Of a stretch of 64,000 nt of DNA, positions 18,541-27,006 are shown piece after piece (position 1 is the first letter of the stretch; the number at the start of each line of letters is the position of its first letter). This DNA is from Candidatus Poseidoniaceae archaeon (GTDB taxonomy: Archaea; Thermoplasmatota; Poseidoniia; Poseidoniales; Poseidoniaceae). Below the pieces are notes generated by a model. That model was given only the letters and a program-made list of their open reading frames with translations, made no database searches and had not been told where the DNA came from. The stretch lies in the NCBI GenBank assembly GCA_049606035.1, contig JBMYVD010000003.1, positions 10,862 through 74,861 of the forward strand. The letters are read 5' to 3'. The position numbers and the translations under genes were made by a program.

Positions 18541-18633
18541 ATTTTGGTCACATCGGCCTTTGGACTTAATTTTCCCCCTCCAAAAGAGAAGGGTTCATGA
18601 GATGGGTGTGTCATGGATTGAGCAGGTGAAGAC

Positions 18634-19128
18634 ATGTCCGCTAAGCCGAAAAAGGACCCACTCGCAGCATTATTGGCAATTCCTGGCGTAGGTAAAGCCA
18701 CAGCACAGAAACTAAGCGATGCAGGAATAAAATCTGCTGCAGGAGTCAATAAAGCAGGTGCTAAAGGTCTTGCAAAGGCAGGATTGAGTGCAGCAATTTC
18801 AAAGAAATTACTCGCAGCAGTAGCAAAGAATACTGCAAAGAAAGCAACCACCAAAGCAAAATCAACCGCCAAGAGTGCAGCATCTAAAACAAAGGCGGCT
18901 GCTACAAAGGCGAAAACCTCAGCAAAGAAGACCGCAACCAAAGCGAAATCTACCGCTAAGAAAGCAGCCTCAAAGGCCGCTGCAGCAGGGCAGAAAGTCG
19001 CTGAAAAGACGGTAAGCAAAACCGGTGAACACAAGGTCAAGTCAGAGAAGGCCAAGGATGGAAGAAAGGGAAGCACTCTCAAGGTTCCCCGCTCTGTTAA
19101 AGACATGGCATGGTTCAAGAAAAAGTGA
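18634..19128 (+). CDS. Helix-hairpin-helix protein with histone H1-like Lys/Ala-rich tail
   Basis: The N-terminal LLAIPGVGKATAQKLSDAGI is an HhH motif. About 90 residues of A/K/T/S repeats follow (TKAKSTAKS, ATKAKSTAKK). The opposite-strand ORF 18447-19304 looks like its antisense shadow. Confidence 0.6.
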   Translation: MSAKPKKDPLAALLAIPGVGKATAQKLSDAGIKSAAGVNKAGAKGLAKAGLSAAISKKLLAAVAKNTAKKATTKAKSTAKSAASKTKAAATKAKTSAKKTATKAKSTAKKAASKAAAAGQKVAEKTVSKTGEHKVKSEKAKDGRKGSTLKVPRSVKDMAWFKKK

Positions 19129-19175
19129 GAATTTCTACCGCTATGTTGTAAGACCCTCAAGTTAGAGGGTTTGCT

Positions 19176-19358
19176 ATGCCAAGGCGCAAGTATGGAAAAT
19201 TGCGTAAGGTAGTCGAGTTGCCTCCAAAAGGCAACTGCTCTCGTTGTAGGAGCGGCAAACACTGTCCGATTGAAGGACATGACGGGTACATTGTTGCCAG
19301 CCATAGAGAATGGAGTGGTCCATCAAAAATCGAGAAGCGCAAAAAAGCGCGCTCATAA
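19176..19358 (+). CDS. Small basic Cys-containing protein (hypothetical)
   Basis: Size is 60 aa with a CSRC..GKHC..GH pattern and a K/R-rich tail. Overlapping ORFs of similar length exist on the other strand, so coding status is uncertain. Confidence 0.3.
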   Translation: MPRRKYGKLRKVVELPPKGNCSRCRSGKHCPIEGHDGYIVASHREWSGPSKIEKRKKARS

Positions 19359-20426
19359 TTCATCATCTTCTACATCAATGGATGTAGCCCGCTTGTAGAT
19401 TTCTCGTAATGTTTGGTCACTTATCTCGAGATAGACACGCGTGGTTGCAATGCTTGCATGCCCTAACAACCGTTGAATGCTAACAAGGTCTGCACCGCGC
19501 TCGAGTAATCCAGTAGCGAAATTGTGCCTGAGTACGTGTGGAGTAAGCCTACCACGTGGAATTCCAGCCTCATCTGCTAATTTATCCATCAAACGCTGAA
19601 CGCTTCTAGATTGCAATGCTCTTCCAGTCTTGGTTACGAGTAGATGTTCTCCCTGTGGATTTCTATCCTCTCTAAGTGGGAGCCATGCTTGAATTCGTGA
19701 GACGGTTGATTCAGTGAATAGTACCAGTCTATCTTTTCCACCCTTGCCGTCGATTACCATTGCTGAATGGTCGTCAAGGTCGATATTTGACAATTCCAAA
19801 TCACAAAGTTCGCTCACTCGCAATCCTGTATCTAGGATCATTGTAACCACTAGATTGGCAAGCGGGTCTTCGCTGAAGGTTGCAGCTTCTTTGACAAGCG
19901 ACAATTCTCTACTCGACAAAGTACGTGGTAACTTCTTTCCACTTTTCGGACGAACTAGATGCTCTGGCCACTTTTGTCCTAACCAATTGATGAGATGATT
20001 AGCAGCTGCTAATCTTGCTTTTACAGTGGATGGCGATTTGTCAATCATCGAGTTAACCCAAATGTCTAGCCTTCCATTGAACGGCTCGATTCTTTCGAGT
20101 AACTGTTCCACGCTCATTGAATCTCTTTCAAACTCAGTTATGATGTCTTCACCGGGAAGAGGAGTCTCGATTAGATGGCGCAATCCAATCATGTATGACT
20201 TCTGAGTATTGACCGATTTGCCTTCAGCCTGAAGTTGAGTTGTGTATGTGTGCAGCCATGGTAAATGGCCTCTGTGAATTAGACGCGGCGGTAGCTCTGG
20301 CCCTTCACCGTACAGACGCTGCTGTACTGCTTTTTGCCTAGCATTGTATGGCCCTGTTCTCATTGGCGTCACCGCCTTACCCGCCGAGGCGAGCGTGCAT
20401 CCCGTGTCCCGAAGGACAAAAGCCAA
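19353..20426 (-). CDS. Tyrosine recombinase/integrase (XerA/XerC/D-like)
   Basis: The C-terminal catalytic region is LTPHVLRHNFATGLLERGADLVSIQRLLGHASIATTRVYLEI, with an upstream RVSEL (Arg I). An alternative start is Met at 20363. Confidence 0.85.
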   Translation of the reverse strand: MAFVLRDTGCTLASAGKAVTPMRTGPYNARQKAVQQRLYGEGPELPPRLIHRGHLPWLHTYTTQLQAEGKSVNTQKSYMIGLRHLIETPLPGEDIITEFERDSMSVEQLLERIEPFNGRLDIWVNSMIDKSPSTVKARLAAANHLINWLGQKWPEHLVRPKSGKKLPRTLSSRELSLVKEAATFSEDPLANLVVTMILDTGLRVSELCDLELSNIDLDDHSAMVIDGKGGKDRLVLFTESTVSRIQAWLPLREDRNPQGEHLLVTKTGRALQSRSVQRLMDKLADEAGIPRGRLTPHVLRHNFATGLLERGADLVSIQRLLGHASIATTRVYLEISDQTLREIYKRATSIDVEDDEL

Positions 20427-20735
20427 TCAGGCCACCATGATATGAAGCCTTCGCGCGTTATCGCCCAACACGCACTTCGAACACCGTCGAGAAAATGATC
20501 CCGAGCAATAGACTAAATCTTACTTCTTGGGTGTTTTCCAAATTTTGTATTCCATGTGGAATGCGCTGAAACCTCACAAAATTAGCATTTAATATTGATT
20601 TTACAAAGGGTACCCTTTGCATTATGGATAATGCGAAATCTCTGCTTGAACGGATATGCAAAGAACCCCCTCAATTGGCAACCTAACGATTCAATCTACG
20701 GTTAATATAACAAATTGCTTCATCAAAGGAGCAAT

Positions 20736-21197
20736 ATGCGAAACAGAGTCCATCTGCTGGTTTTGCTTGTGATTTCTTTACCACTCTCAGGTTGCATTGA
20801 TATGCACTGCTATAGCGGATATAACAACCATTTTGTCGAATTGGCAAACGGTACTTCTGGGGAATTGGATTTGGCGGAAATAGAAGATATCAGAATTAAC
20901 AATTTCAATGGCGTAACAGGAGTTTAGTTTGCTGTAGAGCAATCTGATTTCGATGTTGATGATGATTTCATTGTTGTGTTTGATGGTGTTGAATACGAAA
21001 AACAGAAATTGCTGGATACTGGGATTCCTGAGGAATCATATCACATTTGGGAAGAAGAATCAGCTTCGGAATGCAGCAGTACACCCGATTACCCCACACA
21101 ATTTGGAAATGTCTCCATCGATGGCATCGATTATTGGGGAATCCATGTAAAGGACACATTGTATTATCTAGATAGGGAGAATCCCGAATTTGAATAA
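20736..21197 (+). pseudogene. Lipoprotein gene interrupted by a single in-frame TAG
   Basis: AAGGAG lies 6 nt upstream of the ATG at 20736. The signal and lipobox read LLVISLPLSGC. The frame stops at TAG (20925-20927) and stays open in the same frame to 21197 with no other stop. Confidence 0.45.
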
Positions 21198-21539
21198 AAT
21201 ATGAATGTCACTGTATTCGTGCATGGTCATGGATTAACTATGCAAACATAAAAACTCACCCGTTATTATTCAGAGTGGTAATACACAAGCTCATGGATCC
21301 GTTTTGACACAATTAGAGGGCGCTCAATGGGCCTATTTGTTCAATATAGCCTAGACGTATGTTACATGGGAAGGGTACTCGGGGATTTTCGAGGCATCAA
21401 CCCGTCAATTAATCAAGTTCTAGCGTGACGGGAACATCATGGAGAAGGAGTCTCTCAGGATGACTCCCGAAATTATTCGACACGTATCGATGGAGAAAGA
21501 CTTCCAGAATGTATCAAGAATCGGCAGGTGGAGATTCTA

Positions 21540-22418
21540 ATGAGTGATGTCTGTGAGGTGGGGGCTTTCTTGCTCGGCGCGCCCAAGTGTGGTACTACTT
21601 GGTTGGCTGAAGTCTTGACGCAGCACCCCGGAATCTGTGTCTCAGACCCTAAGGAGCCGAATATTGTCGCTAGTCACAAAGGAACTTTTGGACGAGATGA
21701 ATCAGAGCCAAATTGGAAAAAATATGCAGATTGTTTCACTGGAGATGGTTTGAGAATCGATTGCTCGGTTCATGCAATGGCTTGCCCGATTGCACCTTCT
21801 CGTGTTGCGGATAATTGGCCTGATGCACGGCTTATCATATGCCTAAGAGATCCCGTTGGCCGAACAGTTTCTCATTGGAATATGGTTCTTGATAGCGCGG
21901 CTGATAAGCAGAATGGGACAGATTGGTCTAACTTCGAAGAGGCTTGGGCTGATCCGCGTTTGTCCGTTGATAGCTTCTATGGGGCTGCGGTTTCACGATG
22001 GCTAGAACACTTTGACCGTGATTCGATATTATTGATTGGGGAGAATCGTATGCGAAATGATTCTTCAGGAGTTTTAGAAGATGTCTGTAATCATCTTTCA
22101 GTAGCCCCTTACTCCTTTGATTTTGATTCAGTAAAAAATGCAAATACAGCAGCAAAGAGACGCCCAATAACTGTGATAGGTCGCACCTTCAGGTTCGCTG
22201 TTGGCTTGGTGCCAAATTTCATCACATCACCAATTGTGAAGTGGTTGCAATCAAGGGATTTCGATGTGTATAAGTTACCTGTGATGTCAGTAAAACCTAC
22301 ACCGAAGAGGAGCATAACTGAAGAGCAACGAACTCTGATTGCTCCAGAAATAAATGCAGATTTGAAGTTACTACAAGATTCAACGGGTTTTGATTGTTCT
22401 GAATGGTACATTCAATGA
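21540..22418 (+). CDS. Sulfotransferase-family protein
   Basis: The 5'-PSB motif is GAPKCGTTWL and the 3'-PB motif is LRDPVGRTVSHW, both PAPS-binding elements of sulfotransferases. Confidence 0.75.
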   Translation: MSDVCEVGAFLLGAPKCGTTWLAEVLTQHPGICVSDPKEPNIVASHKGTFGRDESEPNWKKYADCFTGDGLRIDCSVHAMACPIAPSRVADNWPDARLIICLRDPVGRTVSHWNMVLDSAADKQNGTDWSNFEEAWADPRLSVDSFYGAAVSRWLEHFDRDSILLIGENRMRNDSSGVLEDVCNHLSVAPYSFDFDSVKNANTAAKRRPITVIGRTFRFAVGLVPNFITSPIVKWLQSRDFDVYKLPVMSVKPTPKRSITEEQRTLIAPEINADLKLLQDSTGFDCSEWYIQ

Positions 22419-22447
22419 CCATTCATTGATGTTGAATTCGATTTACT

Positions 22448-23890
22448 TCACAGGTCCAAAATAATTGGAACATAGGAGTCATCAGTGGTATAGTCGCCGA
22501 CTTGACCATTGACATTTCTACCCCAGCAGGAAACAGATTTGTCCTCAAACACAACACAAGTATGGAAATTTCCCAAGAATAGATTCTCCGGTTTTGCCAT
22601 TCCATCCAATCCTGGTACAGATATCGGATTTGCTTCATAGTTTGATGGTGTATTTCCTAATTGTCCGTAGGTATTGTTACCCCAACATACAATTTCCCAA
22701 TCTTCTAAGATTGCACAGGAATGATGTGTTCCGGCTGAAACTTGTAATGCAGTTCTATTGTTTCCGAAATCTATGACCTCGCGTTCGGTGAATGAATCGG
22801 TGGCTGATTGCGTGTAACCCAATCCGCGCTGGCCGTAATCATTCCTTCCCCAGCACATCACTGATCCGTTTTCCAGCAGTGCACAAGTGTGGTATCCGCC
22901 AACAGACACGTCAGTGACATTGGTTCCAGAGTTTGGAATATGAGTAGGTGAGGAAATGTGTTGGTTATCTCCTGTAACACCCTTCAGCGCTTTGTATCCC
23001 CAACAATAGAGTTCTCCATCAGTTGTAACCGCACATGTTGCATGGCCACCAGCCCTGACTAGAGATGCATTACTGCCGGGCCCGAACTCCGGTATTGAGT
23101 ATGGTGTTGATACACCAAGATTACCATCGATTTCACCGTTTCCAATTTGGCCGAATTCATTACTTCCCCAGCAAGAGATGGAGTCGTCTGAAAGTAGAGC
23201 GCATGTGTGATAGTAGCCTGATGATAACAAGATAGCATCCAATCCAGCTCCAAACCCAAGAGTTGGAGAGGGGACATATCTGTCGTCGTAGGTTCCATCT
23301 CCGAGAGTTCCTGCTTGGTTGTAACCCCAGCATGCTACGCTTCCATCATCCAATATCGCACAATTATGGAAACCTCCAGCGGACAATTGTGTTGCGGTGT
23401 GACCTCCATACAAGGTCACATCAACCGGATTAACTCCTCCTGAAGTATTTCTGTATCCGACTCCAATTTGTCCGTAGTAGTTGTTACCCCAGCACATCAC
23501 GGTTCCATCTTCTCTAAGCATACAGGTGTGCCATCCACCGCCTGTTAGTTGGTCGACACTGGATGTTTGATTCTCACAATCTGCCAGGTTACAACACTCT
23601 TCTATGTTGCAGATTCCATCCTCTCCAGGGTCCCCGTTACAGATGTAAGCGGTGTTATCGATTTCACCATCTGATAAATTCAGGTCACCATCTAAATCAA
23701 TCCCTGAAACGATCATAACTCCGCCATGAGCACAATTTTCTCCAACTGGCTCGTCGATTATGTCAATTAAGGAATTCAAACCCGTTTTCGAATCTTCATC
23801 ATTTGATGTTGCCTTCTCTTCGGATGATAAACATCCAGAAAGAGGAGCCAATACAAACAACGTCACCAAGAATAAGCACTTCAAGCGCAT
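22448..23890 (-). CDS. Secreted RCC1-repeat (beta-propeller) lipoprotein
   Basis: Lipobox LAPLSGC, a Cys/Asp-rich linker, then about 7 repeats of the CWG.N..GQ.G pattern (CWGNNYYGQIGVG, CWGYNQAGTLGDG, CWGSNEFGQIGNG, CWGRNDYGQRGLG, CWGNNTYGQLGN, CWGRNVNGQVGD). Confidence 0.85.
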   Translation of the reverse strand: MRLKCLFLVTLFVLAPLSGCLSSEEKATSNDEDSKTGLNSLIDIIDEPVGENCAHGGVMIVSGIDLDGDLNLSDGEIDNTAYICNGDPGEDGICNIEECCNLADCENQTSSVDQLTGGGWHTCMLREDGTVMCWGNNYYGQIGVGYRNTSGGVNPVDVTLYGGHTATQLSAGGFHNCAILDDGSVACWGYNQAGTLGDGTYDDRYVPSPTLGFGAGLDAILLSSGYYHTCALLSDDSISCWGSNEFGQIGNGEIDGNLGVSTPYSIPEFGPGSNASLVRAGGHATCAVTTDGELYCWGYKALKGVTGDNQHISSPTHIPNSGTNVTDVSVGGYHTCALLENGSVMCWGRNDYGQRGLGYTQSATDSFTEREVIDFGNNRTALQVSAGTHHSCAILEDWEIVCWGNNTYGQLGNTPSNYEANPISVPGLDGMAKPENLFLGNFHTCVVFEDKSVSCWGRNVNGQVGDYTTDDSYVPIILDL

Positions 23891-24000
23891 GATGGCTTCT
23901 GTACATTTTAGAAAATAAAGGAATCTACGTATAAGTGAGTTAATGTTCGATTATACTGAATAATTATCAAACCCAGTAAGGAATTTTGGAGATTATTCTT

Positions 24001-24252
24001 CTATTCCAGGTTTGAGGTGAAAGAGTATTGGGAGTGTATTTCACCTTCAATCTCTACTTCTCCAGTCTTCTCAATGAATTGTGATTTTTGCAAAGCTCTC
24101 CTGATAATGTGCGCTTTTACATCGCGCCCAGCCTCTTCTAGGGCGCTCACAATTTCTCTGATTGTTGCAGGGCTATTGTCTCGCAGCCAGCCAACTATCC
24201 AATCTGCTTGGATTCGATTTTGGCGTCTCTCCTCAGTCCAACGCCTGCGCAT
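24001..24252 (-). CDS. Small putative winged-helix DNA-binding protein
   Basis: Size is 83 aa. A basic N-terminus is followed by ATIREIVSALEEAGRDVKAHIIRRALQKSQFIEK, which resembles a wHTH recognition unit. This is pattern-level evidence only. Confidence 0.4.
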   Translation of the reverse strand: MRRRWTEERRQNRIQADWIVGWLRDNSPATIREIVSALEEAGRDVKAHIIRRALQKSQFIEKTGEVEIEGEIHSQYSFTSNLE

Positions 24253-24333
24253 GTGAAAGTGTAGTTGGTCGTGGTTTACAGATGTTAACGTCCTATGATT
24301 TCATGTTGAAAATGAAGAAAATCCGGAATTTCC

Positions 24334-24340
24334 TTTATAT
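24334..24340 (+). promoter_or_regulatory. Candidate TATA box for the 24371 ORF
   Basis: tttatat lies 31-37 nt upstream of the ATG at 24371, which would imply a very short leader. Positional inference only. Confidence 0.25.
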
Positions 24341-24370
24341 GTCGGACAGCGATAGAAGAATTTGAGCAAC

Positions 24371-24616
24371 ATGATGAACACACTATCTCTAATTTACTTC
24401 AAAATGGCTGAGTTAATCTCAACCCTTTTCCCATCCACAGATGGAATGCTAAACCAAATAGGTATGAACATGCTAACTGACCCAGGCGCAATAATCACTC
24501 ACCTTTTTGAGCAACTTTTGATGTTGGTCGCAGTTATTGTAATACTACCTATAACCCTTGCATACAGGATATTCATGGGACTAATCGGTCAGCCAGTACC
24601 TGTTCCTTGGTTCTGA
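24371..24616 (+). CDS. Small membrane protein (hypothetical)
   Basis: About 81 aa with one clear hydrophobic helix (LLMLVAVIVILPITLAY). Confidence 0.4.
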   Translation: MMNTLSLIYFKMAELISTLFPSTDGMLNQIGMNMLTDPGAIITHLFEQLLMLVAVIVILPITLAYRIFMGLIGQPVPVPWF

Positions 24617-24623
24617 TTAGAAC

Positions 24624-25814
24624 TCAAGCATTGGAATCTTGCCCGTCCATTTCTGTGTTTGAGACAGGTGGTAAATCCAAATTTTTGCGCTTTATGCTAG
24701 CCCTGAGTTGCTCTAGGTCGCCATAACAAATCAATGAATCACGGAACCGCAACTGCAGATCTGGGTCAGGATTCCAAATCAGGTCTCCGGCTCTTGATAA
24801 CGCGAAAACCGGCATATCTTCTTTGAAAATTTCTCTAATTGGTGAACCGATTAGATGGGGATGGTTTCGTAGGTGAACCGATAGGACACCCTGTCCAGGA
24901 ATCGTTTTCAGAAGTTGGTCTACGTTAACTTCATTGAAGTCTGATTCTGATATTACGTAATCGATAATCGCTCCCGCAACGTTCACACCGCTCGCTTTCT
25001 CAATACCTTCGAGTCCAGGAGATGAGTTGACTTCCAACACAAGTGGGCCATCATTTCCTTCAAGCAAATCAACACCTGCAACATTCAATCCGAGGACTCT
25101 AGCTGCACGACATGCAACCTCTGCATACTCATCAGAGATTTCGACCTTCTCTACCGTTCCATTTAGGTGGTAGTTGGAGCGGAACTCTCTGCCCCTTGCC
25201 TTTCTGCGCATACTTGCAACTACTTTTCCACCGACAACTAACGCTCTGATGTCCTTGCCGTGGCTTTCAGCAATGTACTCTTGAATTAGAACGGCCTTGC
25301 CAGTTACCAATAATCCTTGGACTAAGTTACCGGTCTCCCTTAGTGTATGTCTAAGGAATACACCTTGTCCCTGTGTGCCTTGAGTTACTTTGACAACAAC
25401 CGGTAGTCCTCCCACTGCATCGATTGCTCTTTCGATATCTTTCATGTCACGAACATATGCTGTTCGAGGTGTAGGGATTCTATTCCTTGCTAGGATTTGG
25501 GAAGAGTGTAACTTGTCTCTGCTTTGGAGAATACCTTGGCTTGTGTTCGCAGTCCAAACATCGAGTTGTTCCAAGTGCCTCAAAACAGCGACACCGTGCC
25601 TGGTTATTGAGTGACCGATTCTCGGAATAACTGCATCATAATCGAACTTCTGCCCCTGATGAAGAATTCCGATATCTTGTTCTGCAACGAATAATGAAAA
25701 TTGCATCGGATTGATGACTGCAACGTCCATTTCTCTCAGGCGAGCCTCTTCGACAAGACGTCGCGTACTGTACAATCGCGGACCACGCGATAATACTGCA
25801 AGTCTTGTTGTCAT
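24624..25814 (-). CDS. RimK-family ATP-grasp alpha-L-glutamate ligase fused to a C-terminal RCK_C/TrkA_C-like domain
   Basis: RimK-type N-terminus (LAVLSRGPRLYSTRRLVEEA), ATP-grasp core (VVKVTQGTQGQGV, IQEYI, DIRALVVGG, NSSPGLEGIE), and about 95 extra residues matching the TrkA_C pattern (LIGSPIREI...VFALSRAGDLIWNPDPDLQLRFRDSLICYGDLEQL). Confidence 0.75.
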   Translation of the reverse strand: MTTRLAVLSRGPRLYSTRRLVEEARLREMDVAVINPMQFSLFVAEQDIGILHQGQKFDYDAVIPRIGHSITRHGVAVLRHLEQLDVWTANTSQGILQSRDKLHSSQILARNRIPTPRTAYVRDMKDIERAIDAVGGLPVVVKVTQGTQGQGVFLRHTLRETGNLVQGLLVTGKAVLIQEYIAESHGKDIRALVVGGKVVASMRRKARGREFRSNYHLNGTVEKVEISDEYAEVACRAARVLGLNVAGVDLLEGNDGPLVLEVNSSPGLEGIEKASGVNVAGAIIDYVISESDFNEVNVDQLLKTIPGQGVLSVHLRNHPHLIGSPIREIFKEDMPVFALSRAGDLIWNPDPDLQLRFRDSLICYGDLEQLRASIKRKNLDLPPVSNTEMDGQDSNA

Positions 25815-25900
25815 GAAGTGTATCTGTAGCCCTTACCTTTTTGATTCCTTTGATTTTAGTGAATCGTTCACTTCAAGTTCTGATTGCAGATGGGAGGTTA

Positions 25901-26941
25901 ATGTCCGATGAAGCACTCGAGGAGCCAACCACTGATGATTCGGAAGAAGACGCGGTCGAAGAATTGACAATTGAAGAGCGTCAAGAAGCACTCAAAAGAG
26001 CTCGCTGGAACGTTTTCATGTACCTCGGTTTAGCAGCTCTGCTATTCGGTTTCGCACTATATCCTTTCATGTCAACCACGATGGATGTTGATGAAGGAAT
26101 TGGGTCAACTGACAAGACGATCACTGTGTGGGGACTACCTGTAGCAGGTGAAGACTTCACGGATATCCCAGTTGAAATTGATGTAACTGTAAAATCACTG
26201 CCGACTGATGTTAACAGCATTGAGATTTTTATTATTGAAAATTCCAAAGGTTGTGATTCTACAGATGGCTCCATTGGTGAAGCCAGATCAGAACTTCAAA
26301 GCGGAGAATCCGCTCATCCAAACCAATACCATATTATCGAGAATCCTGTTGAGTCTGAGACTTATTCAGTTGAAATGAGTGTCGACCCCGGTATCTATTG
26401 TGTTCAAGTTGTTGTAGACAGTTCTGGAAGCGGCTTTAGCGGAATTAACGTAAAGGCTGATGTTGCTCTTTATCCAACCCAATTGCCACTTGCAATATTT
26501 GCTGTTATGTGTCTGCTAATGTCGGGATTCGCCTTCATTGGTGCTCAGAAACATGGTAAGCACGTCAAGAGTTTGGTTGAGCCAGAGAAGGAGCCAAGCA
26601 TCGAAGATTCTGTACTTGCAGAAACATCTGCAGCAAGAATTGCCGCGGGACCATCAGGTCCTCCAACCGGCCCTACTGGCCCTCCTGCACCAGGTCCAAC
26701 CGGGCCACCCGCTCCTGGCCCGTTAGGTCCGCCTGCTCAGCAAGAGACAGTGGCGACACCCGCATCTGAGCCGGTTGCAGAAACATTTGCAGAACCTGTT
26801 GCCGAACCGGTGGCAGAGGATGTATACGAAGACCAAGGAAATGGTTGGTATTTCAGAAAATTCCCAGACGGTACCTACGACCAAAAGGTGTACGTCATCA
26901 AGGATGGATTTTACGTTCCCCACGAAGAGCCTAGTGCTTGA
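25901..26941 (+). CDS. Two-TM membrane protein with Pro-rich cytoplasmic tail
   Basis: Acidic N-terminus, a TM helix, an outside domain of about 140 aa and a second TM helix. The tail contains GPSGPPTGPTGPPAPGPTGPPAPGPLGPP and EPVAE repeats, and ends in a W/Y-rich motif (GNGWYFRKFPDGTYDQKVYVIKDGFYVP). Confidence 0.6.
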   Translation: MSDEALEEPTTDDSEEDAVEELTIEERQEALKRARWNVFMYLGLAALLFGFALYPFMSTTMDVDEGIGSTDKTITVWGLPVAGEDFTDIPVEIDVTVKSLPTDVNSIEIFIIENSKGCDSTDGSIGEARSELQSGESAHPNQYHIIENPVESETYSVEMSVDPGIYCVQVVVDSSGSGFSGINVKADVALYPTQLPLAIFAVMCLLMSGFAFIGAQKHGKHVKSLVEPEKEPSIEDSVLAETSAARIAAGPSGPPTGPTGPPAPGPTGPPAPGPLGPPAQQETVATPASEPVAETFAEPVAEPVAEDVYEDQGNGWYFRKFPDGTYDQKVYVIKDGFYVPHEEPSA

Positions 26942-27006
26942 TTTGGCCCCTTGGGGGCCACAATTACCCCCACTATTCAAAGAGGGTGAAGTCCCCGTTA
27001 ATATTG

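Noticed and set aside
18447-19304. ORF of 285 aa on the minus strand covering the H1-like gene
   Set aside because: Its product is a monotonous A/F/V/L string (AAAFEAAFLAVDFALVAVFFAEVFAF...), which is what the antisense of a Lys/Ala-rich coding region produces. The plus-strand ORF has a real HhH motif, so the minus ORF is treated as a shadow.
19353-20426. Calling the recombinase a definite prophage or mobile-element integrase
   Set aside because: Archaea carry a housekeeping XerA of this family. No att repeats, adjacent tRNA target, or capsid or replication genes were seen. Only the looser, lower-GC neighbourhood hints at mobility, so it is reported as a hypothesis rather than annotated as a mobile element.
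20925-20927. In-frame TAG as a pyrrolysine codon
   Set aside because: There are no pyl genes or methylamine methyltransferase genes in the window. The host gene is a small lipoprotein, and TAG is used as an ordinary stop elsewhere (for example at 3663-3665). A nonsense mutation is the simpler explanation.
21200-21250. Short ORF MNVTVFVHGHGLTMQT-stop resembling the N-terminus of an alpha/beta-hydrolase, as a gene remnant
   Set aside because: It has only 16 codons, and I could not follow homology into other frames by eye. It is compatible with a decayed gene in the loosely packed region, but the evidence is too thin to annotate.
21439-21540. ORF of 33 codons (MEKESLRMTPEIIRHVSMEKDFQNVSRIGRWRF) whose stop overlaps the sulfotransferase ATG (taatg)
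   Set aside because: It could be a leader peptide, but it has no recognisable features and no conservation data. It is not annotated.
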